Source: a virus
Length of the DNA: 41,549 bases
Reading direction: 5' to 3' (one strand)
IMG/VR virus record: IMGVR_UViG_3300045988_064955
Shown: in pieces, positions 9,117 to 17,806 of the stretch
Layout: the number at the start of each line of letters is the position of its first letter
How positions within the stretch are numbered: position 1 is the stretch's first letter
Translations under genes and position numbers: made by a program
Notes under the pieces: model-generated
The model's input: only the letters and a program-made list of their open reading frames with translations
What the model was told of the DNA's origin: nothing
Databases searched by the model: none

Positions 9117-9631
9117 CTAGAAAAGAAACGGAAAGGCCTTGTCGATCGTGGTCTCCCGTTCCTCGTAAATCTGGTTAAGTTTTTCAATATCGCGGAGCGT
9201 CATAGCATCAACGTCAGCTAATCGGTAGCCTTCAGAGAGCCTTGCTTTGTAGAAGTCGTCAAGGTTGCTAATGGCTTCTTTGACGTCCGCTTCGGTGATT
9301 TTTTTGCTGTGTCCTTCTTATCCTCTTCACCATCGCTTAGAGAATCGCCAATGGCATCATTGATTGAATCCAACGATTTCAAAGAAATAGACGAGCCATC
9401 AATAACATCATCGGTAGTAAACTGGTTTTTCCAGAAATCAACCGCAAATTTTGCTAAGTTTTTCTCGTTCTCATCGTAATCATCGTTTGAAGGGCCATCT
9501 TTACGGTTTAGCATGCGCAATTGTTGTTGCTGCACTTTTAAGGCGTTCGTGGTATCACGTAATGTTGGTTCTCCATTTCGTGTGAACACGCACGTTTCGC
9601 CTTTGATATTTAGTTTAATTTGATATGCCAT
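9117..9631 (-). CDS. Tail assembly chaperone, long (gpGT-like) form made by -1 frameshift at A AAA AAA
   Basis: After the A7 run (plus-strand T7 at 9299..9305) the -1 frame stays open. It reads KKITEADVKEAISNLDDFYKARLSEGYRLADVDAMTLRDIEKLNQIYEERETTIDKAFPFLF and stops at 9119..9117, just before the TMP RBS. Confidence 0.75.
9218..9631 (-). CDS. Tail assembly chaperone, short (gpG-like) form
   Basis: ATG at 9631 follows RBS AAGGAG. The track ORF start at 9679 lacks an RBS. It sits between the major tail protein and TMP and has an acidic C-terminus. Confidence 0.8.
   Translation of the reverse strand: MAYQIKLNIKGETCVFTRNGEPTLRDTTNALKVQQQQLRMLNRKDGPSNDDYDENEKNLAKFAVDFWKNQFTTDDVIDGSSISLKSLDSINDAIGDSLSDGEEDKKDTAKKSPKRTSKKPLATLTTSTKQGSLKATD
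9299..9305 (-). promoter_or_regulatory. -1 programmed frameshift slippery heptamer A AAA AAA (tail chaperone)
   Basis: gcA AAA AAA tca in the zero frame. This matches the conserved gpG/gpGT arrangement of dsDNA tailed phages. Confidence 0.75.
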
Positions 9632-9701
9632 GTTTAATCTCCTTAGGTATAAGCCGCCCGCTGTTCGCGTATTGTGCATTTACAAGGCGACGAGTTCATT
9701 G

Positions 9702-10564
9702 CTAAGCCACAGTTACAGTTGCGGTGGCAGTTTTACCACCATCGTCAGTTGTGACTGTTACGGTTGCAGACCCTGCCTTTACACCAGCCACAGTTCCATC
9801 ACTGGAAACGGTGGCAACTGTGGGATCTGACGTTTTGAAAGTAACTTGTTTATTTGCGGCATCAGCCGGATTAATTTGCACTTTCAACGCTGTAGATGCG
9901 CCAACCGCAAGGTTAATCGAGCTGTTCTCAAAGCTGACACCGACTACACTTTTGGGACAGTAGTTGAGACAATAGTCGCGTCTTCAGCAGTCTTAGGGAA
10001 AACATATCCGTGGAACTTATCAAAATCGAATCCATCGTTGTCTTCACGACCAATCAACACAACATTGCCAGTGTCTTGGTCACCTCGAGGAATAAATGAT
10101 CCTTCGATACTGTCAGCACTCGGATCTGGTGTGCCGTCAACAGTCTTGGTATCAACGCCCGGAAGTGAGAACATTCCCTTGAGCATACCAACCCAAACGT
10201 ACTTGCCATTTGAAAGCTTCGTGCGGAACAAAGTTGCGGCGTAATTAGGGCTAAGGTTTTTTGGATATACTTCAACCCCATTAACAACCTTAATGCCAAA
10301 TAAATCAGACTTCATCTGTGAATCCACATCGTACATTTCGATTGTTTCGGTTGCTTCTGTGATACCACCAGAAAGAATCAAGTACGGGCCATCATCAGCA
10401 GACAGCGTCTTTTGCTCTGTTTTAATATCCAATTTCACACTAGATAAGCCTTGAATCTTTCGTGTGCTTAGTACAAAGTCGTCATCACCGACAACCCCGT
10501 ATTCAAAGGCCGAAGCCCCAAATTTTGCTAACTTCTTATTAGTTGTAACAGCAGTATCTGCCAT
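9702..10564 (-). CDS. Major tail protein, long form via -1 frameshift, adding a C-terminal Ig-like (Big_2) domain
   Basis: Slippery C CCA AAA lies 2 codons before the stop. The -1 frame reads ..PKSVVGVSFENSSINLAVGASTALKVQINPADAANKQVTFKTSDPTVATVSSDGTVAGVKAGSATVTVTTDDGGKTATATVTVA. The track lists only its distal part, as a 61-aa ORF at 9702..9887. Confidence 0.75.
9944..10564 (-). CDS. Major tail protein, short form
   Basis: 206-aa ORF with RBS AAAGGAGG, placed between the head-tail joining genes and the tail chaperone. Confidence 0.85.
   Translation of the reverse strand: MADTAVTTNKKLAKFGASAFEYGVVGDDDFVLSTRKIQGLSSVKLDIKTEQKTLSADDGPYLILSGGITEATETIEMYDVDSQMKSDLFGIKVVNGVEVYPKNLSPNYAATLFRTKLSNGKYVWVGMLKGMFSLPGVDTKTVDGTPDPSADSIEGSFIPRGDQDTGNVVLIGREDNDGFDFDKFHGYVFPKTAEDATIVSTTVPKV
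9950..9956 (-). promoter_or_regulatory. -1 frameshift slippery heptamer C CCA AAA (major tail gene)
   Basis: Plus strand ttttggg at 9950..9956. Zero-frame context is gtC CCA AAA gtg tag. Confidence 0.75.
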
Positions 10565-10597
10565 ATTTAAAATCCTCCTTTAGGAAAATAAAAAGGG

Positions 10598-10984
10598 CTA
10601 GCCAATCGGCAGTCCTTGAAACTGAAAGTATCCTGTTGTCATACGGAGGGCTGGGGTATCACCATCAACGTAGGAGTTGCGATAATACCTTTCCCAGCCA
10701 GCCGCATGTAGTGCTTGATATATCTGTGTTTCAATTTTTTCTTGTTGATCCCAGTCCGTTTTGTCCACCCAAAAATCTACTTGTACTTTCGGATACTCTA
10801 GGATTCTAGAATCGTCAGCATAATCAGCAGCATCACCGGGCAAAGAAGTGATTCTCACCCATGGAGCTAAACTTTCAGGAGTTACGCTAGTCTGGTTATT
10901 GAAGCTTGGAGTGCCTATATACACCTTGTCAGCAATATCCAAATTGGCCGACAGGATGTCATAAACACGTTTTTCAGGTGCCAT
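10598..10984 (-). CDS. Tail completion / tail terminator-type protein (assigned by position and size)
   Basis: 128-aa ORF immediately upstream of the major tail gene. Its start overlaps the upstream stop (TAATG). Confidence 0.6.
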   Translation of the reverse strand: MAPEKRVYDILSANLDIADKVYIGTPSFNNQTSVTPESLAPWVRITSLPGDAADYADDSRILEYPKVQVDFWVDKTDWDQQEKIETQIYQALHAAGWERYYRNSYVDGDTPALRMTTGYFQFQGLPIG

Positions 10985-11370
10985 TACATCCCGCCTTCCT
11001 TCAAGTGGCTTAGGAAAGCAGCGATAACAACTGGCCGCATGACTTCTTGGGTTTCTTCAATGAAATGTTGCGGGTCCTGCATTGAAGTGCCCGAGTTTGG
11101 AAAGTGAGCACGCCAGCCAGTATTTTTACCATATCCAACGTCTACTTCTGTTACACCACTCGTTTCACGGACACTTGAAAGCTTGATGTCATCTCTCAGA
11201 TGTCCGCTCATATCCGTCTCGCCGTCCCACTCAGGCGTATTGCTTTTTAGCTTGTCGGCAAACTTTTGTGCGCCATCTCGGACAGCCGCTCGAGCCTCTT
11301 TTGCAACTCCAAACTGGATTTTGTTGAGATTAGCGAGCAGTTCAGCATCCCCTGTGACTTTTACGCCCAT
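10984..11370 (-). CDS. HK97 gp10-like head-tail joining protein
   Basis: 128-aa ORF. N-terminus MGVKVTGDAELLANLNKI.. and the ..VDVGYGKNTGWRAHF.. pattern are typical of the HK97-gp10 family. It is coupled by a TGATG overlap. Confidence 0.7.
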   Translation of the reverse strand: MGVKVTGDAELLANLNKIQFGVAKEARAAVRDGAQKFADKLKSNTPEWDGETDMSGHLRDDIKLSSVRETSGVTEVDVGYGKNTGWRAHFPNSGTSMQDPQHFIEETQEVMRPVVIAAFLSHLKEGGM

Positions 11371-11699
11371 CAGCTCACCGCCTTTGCCGTAATCGTTGTC
11401 AGATCGCGCCTATCGTAATCAGGATCAAGCCCTGTGATTTGATATTCATTACCACGCCATTGAATTCTCCAAGTTGGTTGGATTTCCTCTGCGGTCAAAA
11501 ATCGCACTAAAAAAGTCGGGCTGTCTTTGCGAGTTCCCAACTTTGTCTGTGGATCATTTGCTTCTCTGATTGGCACCTTAGGAACTTCCGCCCAAACCGT
11601 CATATGCTTAACAAGCACACCATCAACCGGAACTCCGTTAACCTTTTTTGACTCATAGCTGACGAACGCAATTCTCTCAGTCATTCGATTAGTTCGCAT
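11370..11699 (-). CDS. Head closure / head-tail adaptor protein (by position); start uncertain (11699 or 11684)
   Basis: The N-terminal 37 codons of the track ORF overlap the upstream gene in another frame. In-frame ATGs at 11699 (MRTNRM..) and 11684 (MTERIAF..) flank the upstream stop. Confidence 0.6.
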   Translation of the reverse strand: MRTNRMTERIAFVSYESKKVNGVPVDGVLVKHMTVWAEVPKVPIREANDPQTKLGTRKDSPTFLVRFLTAEEIQPTWRIQWRGNEYQITGLDPDYDRRDLTTITAKAVS

Positions 11700-12048
11700 C
11701 AGGATCACCATCCTCTTCCGGCAATTCTGAGCGAAGCTGATTGATGATATTTGTGGTTGATGTTTGCAACGGAAAGCGCATGACTTCAGCACCCATACCT
11801 CGGTAGTCATAGTCTTCCTTCACTTGCTTCATAAGTGCTGTGAAAAAACGATCCCGAGTTTCTGGATTGCTTAGAAATTGTTCCGGCTTTGATCCAAAAC
11901 TAATAGCCGAACTGATTTCACCACAAGCGTCATGCACCAGTTGCATAATCATTGGGTCTTCGATTGTCTGATCAACTTTCAAGTACATTTTCAGAACCTG
12001 AAACTGTTCATCAGTCAGTGGGCTTTTGTCAAGCGTAGTATCTGCCAA
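11689..12048 (-). CDS. gp6-like head-tail connector protein
   Basis: 119-aa ORF right after the capsid gene. The sequence LTDEQFQVLKMYLKVDQTIEDPMI..L is typical of phage gp6-like connectors. Confidence 0.7.
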   Translation of the reverse strand: MADTTLDKSPLTDEQFQVLKMYLKVDQTIEDPMIMQLVHDACGEISSAISFGSKPEQFLSNPETRDRFFTALMKQVKEDYDYRGMGAEVMRFPLQTSTTNIINQLRSELPEEDGDPDAN

Positions 12049-12058
12049 GAGTAATCAC

Positions 12059-13518
12059 CTACCCGGCGTTAACAGTAACAGCAAGCGTTGAGCTGATGCC
12101 ATTAGTGCTAAATGTGATTGTCGCTGTGCCCGCTGCCAGATTGGTAATTGTGTAAATACCATCGGACTTCTTAACAACCGTAGCGACGCTTTCATCGCTC
12201 GACACAGCTTCGACTGCTTGAGGAGCGCCATCAGGAGTGACTGTCACCGTGATATCTTTTGTGGCACCGACACCACCCGTGAACGTTTTCTGGCTCAAAG
12301 TCACTCCGTCAGGCGTTACGCTTTTGGGGTATATGTTAGGAAGTACCCTGCTTTTTCGTCAGCAACAGATACACCAAAGCGCATTCCTGCTTGCAAGAAT
12401 TGTCCGTAAATCTGATCGTCAACCCAGCGAACCATGAAGTCTGCGCGGTTAGCAAACAGAATCGCCCGCTTGATGTCACCCAAAAAGGCGTGTGCTTCGC
12501 CTGCTGCACCCAAAGTATCATCAGATACAACAACAATCGGCATACCAAGAACGCTCTTGCCAGACGGGGTCAAGATACTGTCTTGCAACAAGTAACGGCC
12601 ATTACCGTCCTTCACCGTATCCAAGAAGTTGTAAAAGCTCTGGGACGCGATGATGACACGTGAATATGCCGGATCTAAGTCCACATTGTTGATGTGCTTC
12701 AAATCATCAACGCTAGAGATCGTCTTGGCAGTGAAGCCTTTCAGCAGAGTTGCAACGGCACTGTTAGTCGTGTTGACCTTAATTTGTTGTGCGTTCTGGG
12801 CAATCAACCCAACCAAATCAATTGCGGAGTCGTCAATAGATTCCTGTGAAATTGGCAACGCTTGCCGATAGGTGTCCACTGACCAGTTGACAGGCTTGAA
12901 ATCAGGCTTAGCCATTGCCGGGTTCTTTTCAAGTTCAGCAACGGTTGCCATCTTGGTAGTGGCATTTGCAACTGTTGGATAAGTTCCCTTTTGAGTGGAG
13001 GCTTGGAAGACATTAGTGAATGGTTTCAGGTCGACCACTGTCTGCAATTCACGCTGTGGTGTATTGACAATAGTTTCTGGAATGGTCGATGCAGCATCTG
13101 CAGACTTAACCCCAGCGTTAACTGCATCACTGGCATCAGTAGGATCAGCACGCAAAACCGCAAAGGTACCAACGTCTGTTTTTTCAAAATCAATGCCTTC
13201 TGTGTTACGGCCACGGCTGTGAAGATAGGCATTCATAGCGGTGCGATAATTCTGCTGTTCAGGTTGCCGTTTCTTCTTGTCGCTTGGCTGTTCATTGCCT
13301 TTCAACGCAGCCTCGTATAAGTCACGTTTTTCTTCAAGATCTTTGATCTCTTTGCCAGCTTTATCATACTTGGCACGAACGCCTTCTGCCTTCTTCAGGT
13401 TTTCCTCGGACTCTTCACCTTCAAGTAAAGAACGAAGTTCTGTCTTCATAGCTGGCAACGCTGAACGCTTTTCATCAAGCTGCTTTTTAACAGCAGCTAA
13501 TTTTTCATCTAAAGTCAT
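12059..13518 (-). CDS. Major capsid protein, long form via -1 frameshift, adding a C-terminal Ig-like (Big_2) domain
   Basis: Slippery C CCA AAA lies 2 codons before the stop. The -1 frame reads ..PKSVTPDGVTLSQKTFTGGVGATKDITVTVTPDGAPQAVEAVSSDESVATVVKKSDGIYTITNLAAGTATITFSTNGISSTLAVTVNAG. The track shows this as a separate 81-aa GTG-start ORF. Confidence 0.78.
12316..13518 (-). CDS. Major capsid protein, HK97 family, short form
   Basis: 400-aa ORF after the prohead protease. It has a coiled-coil delta-like N-terminus (MTLDEKLAAVKKQLDEKRS..) and an HK97-like body. Confidence 0.92.
   Translation of the reverse strand: MTLDEKLAAVKKQLDEKRSALPAMKTELRSLLEGEESEENLKKAEGVRAKYDKAGKEIKDLEEKRDLYEAALKGNEQPSDKKKRQPEQQNYRTAMNAYLHSRGRNTEGIDFEKTDVGTFAVLRADPTDASDAVNAGVKSADAASTIPETIVNTPQRELQTVVDLKPFTNVFQASTQKGTYPTVANATTKMATVAELEKNPAMAKPDFKPVNWSVDTYRQALPISQESIDDSAIDLVGLIAQNAQQIKVNTTNSAVATLLKGFTAKTISSVDDLKHINNVDLDPAYSRVIIASQSFYNFLDTVKDGNGRYLLQDSILTPSGKSVLGMPIVVVSDDTLGAAGEAHAFLGDIKRAILFANRADFMVRWVDDQIYGQFLQAGMRFGVSVADEKAGYFLTYTPKA
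12322..12328 (-). promoter_or_regulatory. -1 frameshift slippery heptamer C CCA AAA (major capsid gene)
   Basis: Plus strand ttttggg at 12322..12328. Zero-frame context is acC CCA AAA gcg taa. The heptamer and frame match the major tail gene site. Confidence 0.78.
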
Positions 13519-13544
13519 CTAGTGACCCTCCTTATTTTTTGTAC

Positions 13545-13571
13545 AAAAATAGGCACCGATTATTCGATGCC
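13545..13571 (-). terminator. Intra-operon hairpin plus U-run between the protease and capsid genes (attenuator or RNA-stability element)
   Basis: - sense GGCAUCG aauaau CGGUGCC uauuuuug. The stem has 7 bp with one G:U that pairs only in the - sense. It overlaps the protease stop and lies about 25 nt before the capsid RBS. Confidence 0.4.
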
Positions 13572-14189
13572 CTTGAGCAATTCCTCTTTATTCAGTTGAT
13601 AAAGCATCTTGCGCCGCTTAAGTTCCCATTCTGGCGGCTGATCTAGCGCTTTTATCTGTTCCAACGATCGTGCTCCGACCTTTACCTCAGTGTCTGGATA
13701 AGCAGGTGTTGTCACCGGCGAAACATCAAACAGATGATCGATGTTGTTGATTGTGCGCTCGTATTTAACCCCTCGTTCGCTTGACTTTTGCCACTTTTGC
13801 GCGTCTTTGTCTGGCGCAATCGTAAATGCAAAGCTTGACTGACTGATAATCCCTTGCCGGACGTTTTCGAGTAAGTCACGACCGAGTTGTGTATCTGGTG
13901 GCGTCAGAGTGTACTTAAGTCCAGTGTCGTCAATGGTCAGTTCCAAATTAACGCCAGTGCGGCCTAACACTTGGTTTTGATCATGGTTAAATAGCGCCAC
14001 GACATTGCTCATATCAGCATTGTCGAGCGCATGGCGGTCAATGTGCTCACGAAAACTAAATTCACCGCCGCCCATGATTTCAGATTTCCGGTCAAATTTA
14101 AGCGCATAACCTTCGATGACAGTTGGATGTTTCTCATCCCCATCACGAATTTGCATGGGTGTCGCTGTCATTCGCAGCTCCTTTGTCAT
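13560..14189 (-). CDS. Prohead maturation protease, HK97 (S78) family
   Basis: Motifs ALFNHDQNQVLGRT and SQSSFAF, placed between portal and capsid. The best start is the ATG at 14189, 8 nt after GGGAGG. The track begins at a GTG at 14198. Confidence 0.88.
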   Translation of the reverse strand: MTKELRMTATPMQIRDGDEKHPTVIEGYALKFDRKSEIMGGGEFSFREHIDRHALDNADMSNVVALFNHDQNQVLGRTGVNLELTIDDTGLKYTLTPPDTQLGRDLLENVRQGIISQSSFAFTIAPDKDAQKWQKSSERGVKYERTINNIDHLFDVSPVTTPAYPDTEVKVGARSLEQIKALDQPPEWELKRRKMLYQLNKEELLKGIE

Positions 14190-15396
14190 TAGCATCACCT
14201 CCCTTCAATTGCGATGCGTGTTCAGCTTGATATGCTTCCTTTTGATCAAGGAACACTGTGTTAAGTGTCGACTGAATACGATCCATGTTCGGGTCTTTTA
14301 ACGGTTTCTTTCCAAGCTCCGCACGTCCCTCGTTTCCAGTCCACAGTCCGCCATTAACTGCTGTATTGACGTCAGCAATCGGCAATCCGTTTACTGATTT
14401 TGTGTCAAAGCCAATGCGATACTGATGGCGCTGGTTGTCATCAAGCAACTTTAGTTCAAACTCGCTTGTAATCGGTTCAAAGTAAAATGGAAGATCATTG
14501 CGAATATAGTCATCAGCAAGCTGCTTAACTGACTGATTGGGACTATTTTGGGCTAATCGATACGCTGGCACCCGTAAAGCCTTCGCAATCTGCGCTGTTG
14601 AATAGTTATTGCTGTTAATCAGATTAAGAACGTTGGTATCAACTTCCAACGGCTGATAATCCATCGTCGCGTCAACTATAATTGGTGAACCTGCATCAGC
14701 ACCTGCCTGTGCCCTTTCAAAATCTTCACGAATCTTCTGGCGTGCTTCGGCGGATAGGCGACTCTCCTTTGCTTTGATAATTGAGCCTTTCAAACCACTC
14801 TTGAAGAACTTCTGTAACGTTGAAACACCTGACTCCTGCAGTCCAATTTCATCACCAAGTGACAACAGCGGTGATCGCCCCATGATTGTGTCGTATGAGA
14901 AAAACTTCCAGTGAATGACGTCCTCAAATCCGCATATTTTTTGCATACTAGAGTTGTAAGGCGTGAAACGGTAGATGATGTTATCGGGATCGCTTGTGTC
15001 CACCTGCGTCTGTGATGGGGCATAGAACTCAAACATAGCTGGTTCGTTGGTTATCGGATCGCGCACAATCCGCGAATAAGCATTGCCAGTCAAAATTGCA
15101 TTGACCATCATGGAAAATTTCCACTGATATGCTGATAAACGTTTGTTAACCTTTGTGTTCATCAGATAATCAATGTCAGACAAGTCTATCACTTCATCGG
15201 TTGAGCTGTCAGTGATCACCAACGGAAATCGGCTAACATCACCTGCGACAATTGAGACAGCTGTCAGCACATCGGAGTTGCGTAATGCAGAAATACCAAG
15301 GTATCCACCTCGAAATGATGGGATTACCCCAGAATCAAGCAAATGATCTGCCCATTGAGGGTCCACTTCGGTTGCCAATCCTCGAAATAGCTTCAT
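14143..15396 (-). CDS. Portal protein, HK97 family
   Basis: 417-aa ORF after TerL, with RBS GGGAGGTGAG. Order and size fit an HK97-type portal. Confidence 0.9.
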   Translation of the reverse strand: MKLFRGLATEVDPQWADHLLDSGVIPSFRGGYLGISALRNSDVLTAVSIVAGDVSRFPLVITDSSTDEVIDLSDIDYLMNTKVNKRLSAYQWKFSMMVNAILTGNAYSRIVRDPITNEPAMFEFYAPSQTQVDTSDPDNIIYRFTPYNSSMQKICGFEDVIHWKFFSYDTIMGRSPLLSLGDEIGLQESGVSTLQKFFKSGLKGSIIKAKESRLSAEARQKIREDFERAQAGADAGSPIIVDATMDYQPLEVDTNVLNLINSNNYSTAQIAKALRVPAYRLAQNSPNQSVKQLADDYIRNDLPFYFEPITSEFELKLLDDNQRHQYRIGFDTKSVNGLPIADVNTAVNGGLWTGNEGRAELGKKPLKDPNMDRIQSTLNTVFLDQKEAYQAEHASQLKGGDANDKGAANDSDTHANS

Positions 15397-15401
15397 TCAT
15401 C

Positions 15402-15593
15402 TCACCTCCCTTCGTTATCAGGAAGCAACAGAATAAAGGCGAGAACAAACAACAAGCCGCCGCAAACCATGAATCCAGTAGGCCTATTGATCAAAAAAGC
15501 CCCATATCCAGCTAAAATGAAGCCTAAAACAGTGGCAATTCCAGCCATATTTGCGCCAAGAATTCTAAAAAAGTTAGCTAGTTTTCCATTCAC
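15402..15593 (-). CDS. Small membrane protein between TerL and portal
   Basis: 63 aa with RBS AGGAGGTGA and two hydrophobic helices (GIATVLGFILAGYGAFLI, VCGGLLFVLAFILLL). Confidence 0.6.
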   Translation of the reverse strand: MNGKLANFFRILGANMAGIATVLGFILAGYGAFLINRPTGFMVCGGLLFVLAFILLLPDNEGR

Positions 15594-15604
15594 GTTCTCA
15601 CCTC

Positions 15605-17317
15605 CTAGAAGCCAAAATCATCGCTGAAGACACGCTCATCGTCCAAGTAGTTGTCCAAGTCTTCCTTGAACGCGATGGCATAAGCATCAAGCGTGGCATC
15701 AATCATGTCTATTTTGTTAGCATACTTATTCTTATTAATACGGACGCCGTTGTTGTCAGACATTAGAACCGCGTTCATTGCGGCGGCCTGCATAATGCGA
15801 TTATCTGAATGCTTTATGCGACCGCCTATAACATCATCGCGGAACTGCTTAGTTGGCATTGACAGTGTCAGCGTTCCTTGTCGCACCTGTACCATCGGCC
15901 ACTCAGGATGATTCTTCTCAATTGCCGTTAGCATTGGTCCAAATTGATAAGGGTCGTACATGATACCTTGAACATCTAAGTCATTACGTTCAATGAAGTC
16001 TTCGAGCCATTCATATACCCGATCGTTGTCGATGATACCTGACCCTAAGCTGCTGATCTCTCCTTCGCCGTGTTGTTCAGCAGCCAAGTAGTCAATCCGA
16101 TCCGTCTTGATTTTGTTATCAATTCCGCCTTTAGAAGCGACAAATGCATAACCATCGAGCCACCACCAGCCTTCTTGCGGGATTAACCAAGTAATGGCAA
16201 AAAGGTCGCTTGTACGACCAACATCAATACCAATCCAAGCTCTTTTGCCGCGAATATCAGGCTTTTCACTCAATTCAGCATCCTTCCAAGCATCGAAGTC
16301 TAAATAACTATCTTCAGTCGCTTGCCGCCAAATGTTGAAATTCTTGACCAGTTTTGCATTCAAACTGCCATCAGCACGTGCTTGAGATAGCTTTGTGGTC
16401 AAATAGTCGGTGATCTGATCATGCACAATATCAACGTCAAGTAGCGGATTCGATTTAATCCAAGAATTGGGGTCATCAACCTCTTGTACGTTGTCTTGTT
16501 CAGCAATGAATGCAAAATAGCGTTCTGCCGTTTCTTCACCGGACAACACCTTTTTGGCATATGGATAATTTTGTTGAAACATCGGCACGTTCATGTCGAA
16601 TCCAGCCGTTGAAATGATGAACGTCAGATAACTAGGCAGTAACACCTGACCTGAGGCAAGGGTTTCAATCATATCTGTTGTTTTAGCGTTGGCATATTCG
16701 TCAACCACCGCAACATGGGGTTCATAGCCATCGACAAGTCCTGTATCACGAGAGAACGAACGAATTGTTGATCCGTCGTCTAAATTGACAAGTTCATCTC
16801 GCGTAATCTTAACCATTCGTTTGATGCCTGGGTCTTTCCGCATGAGCGCACGTAATCGGTCTTTTACCATTCCGAATACAATGCCGGCCTGCTTGCGATC
16901 ATTAGCAGCGGTATATAATTGCCGTTTGTTGGCTGGATTCTTTCCGAACAGAAACTCATACAGAATGACGCCAGAAATCAAAAGCGACTTACCGTTTTTT
17001 CGTGCCATCGAAATGAACACATCGGTAAATCGCCTTATATTTGGATCATCTTTGTCAACCCAGCCATATATACTGCCAATAATGAATTTTTGAAACGGTG
17101 CTAATGGTTGTGGTTTCCCACTTTTTGGTTCTGGCAGAATCTCCATAAATTTAACAGCTTTTCCCGCTAGATTTGGATCATATCGCCATCGCCAATCTGT
17201 TCGTTTCAAGTCTTCTTGATGCCGTTTCACCGCGAGATTAACTGCCTTAGAAGTAATAAGACGACCGTCTAGCACACGTTTTATGAAATTAGGCATTGGA
17301 TCCTTAAATTTTGACAA
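15605..17317 (-). CDS. terL: Terminase large subunit
   Basis: 570 aa with a TTG start after GGAGGTGA. It has an ATPase region (..ISMARKNGKS..VAVVDE..) and a C-terminal nuclease region typical of Terminase_1-type TerL. Confidence 0.92.
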   Translation of the reverse strand: MSKFKDPMPNFIKRVLDGRLITSKAVNLAVKRHQEDLKRTDWRWRYDPNLAGKAVKFMEILPEPKSGKPQPLAPFQKFIIGSIYGWVDKDDPNIRRFTDVFISMARKNGKSLLISGVILYEFLFGKNPANKRQLYTAANDRKQAGIVFGMVKDRLRALMRKDPGIKRMVKITRDELVNLDDGSTIRSFSRDTGLVDGYEPHVAVVDEYANAKTTDMIETLASGQVLLPSYLTFIISTAGFDMNVPMFQQNYPYAKKVLSGEETAERYFAFIAEQDNVQEVDDPNSWIKSNPLLDVDIVHDQITDYLTTKLSQARADGSLNAKLVKNFNIWRQATEDSYLDFDAWKDAELSEKPDIRGKRAWIGIDVGRTSDLFAITWLIPQEGWWWLDGYAFVASKGGIDNKIKTDRIDYLAAEQHGEGEISSLGSGIIDNDRVYEWLEDFIERNDLDVQGIMYDPYQFGPMLTAIEKNHPEWPMVQVRQGTLTLSMPTKQFRDDVIGGRIKHSDNRIMQAAAMNAVLMSDNNGVRINKNKYANKIDMIDATLDAYAIAFKEDLDNYLDDERVFSDDFGF

Positions 17318-17338
17318 TCAGCATCACCTCCATCACAG

Positions 17339-17794
17339 TCAGCCAAAAGTATCAATGATTGAATCGTTCTTCTGTGCTTCAGTCTTAGGCATATTCATTT
17401 GCATCCGACTGTTAACATTCAACCCTAGATCACTCGCGAGGCTCTTAATGCTTGCGGTGGCCTTATTCAAGGTGCTAATGTACGCATAATATTCATCTTG
17501 ATCTCCATTCTTTAAAGCCAATTTCATGTTGACCGATGTGTTTTTGTAAACCGAATACCATGTACAATAGTTTTCCAACTCGGCGCGATCGAGATTTCTA
17601 AGTGGTAAGGTCCCCAAAGATTCGATAATTCGCTTGTATTCTTGTTTTGCGACTGGGTCAAGATGATTAGGCGGTGTTACCTGAAGTTTTGGAATGCCAT
17701 CTTTGGCCATTAATTCCGCATGTAGCTTGGCTTCTTGCCGTTCTTTGGTCAAATCACCCTTAGACATTTGCAACACTTTGTATTTTCCAGCCAT
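17339..17794 (-). CDS. terS: Terminase small subunit, P27 family
   Basis: The C-terminal ..SLASDLGLNVNSRMQM.. and LDRAELENYCTWY pattern fit P27-family TerS. The ATG at 17794 follows AGGAGG. The track GTG at 17806 overlaps the RBS. Confidence 0.85.
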   Translation of the reverse strand: MAGKYKVLQMSKGDLTKERQEAKLHAELMAKDGIPKLQVTPPNHLDPVAKQEYKRIIESLGTLPLRNLDRAELENYCTWYSVYKNTSVNMKLALKNGDQDEYYAYISTLNKATASIKSLASDLGLNVNSRMQMNMPKTEAQKNDSIIDTFG

Positions 17795-17806
17795 TTCCCA
17801 CTTCAC

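Noticed and set aside
12059-12304. The Big_2 ORFs (12059..12304 and 9702..9887) as independently translated decoration genes
   Set aside because: Neither has an RBS. The tail-side Ig domain is truncated at the track ORF start. Both are in the -1 frame directly downstream of identical C CCA AAA heptamers. Independent translation is kept only as a minor alternative.
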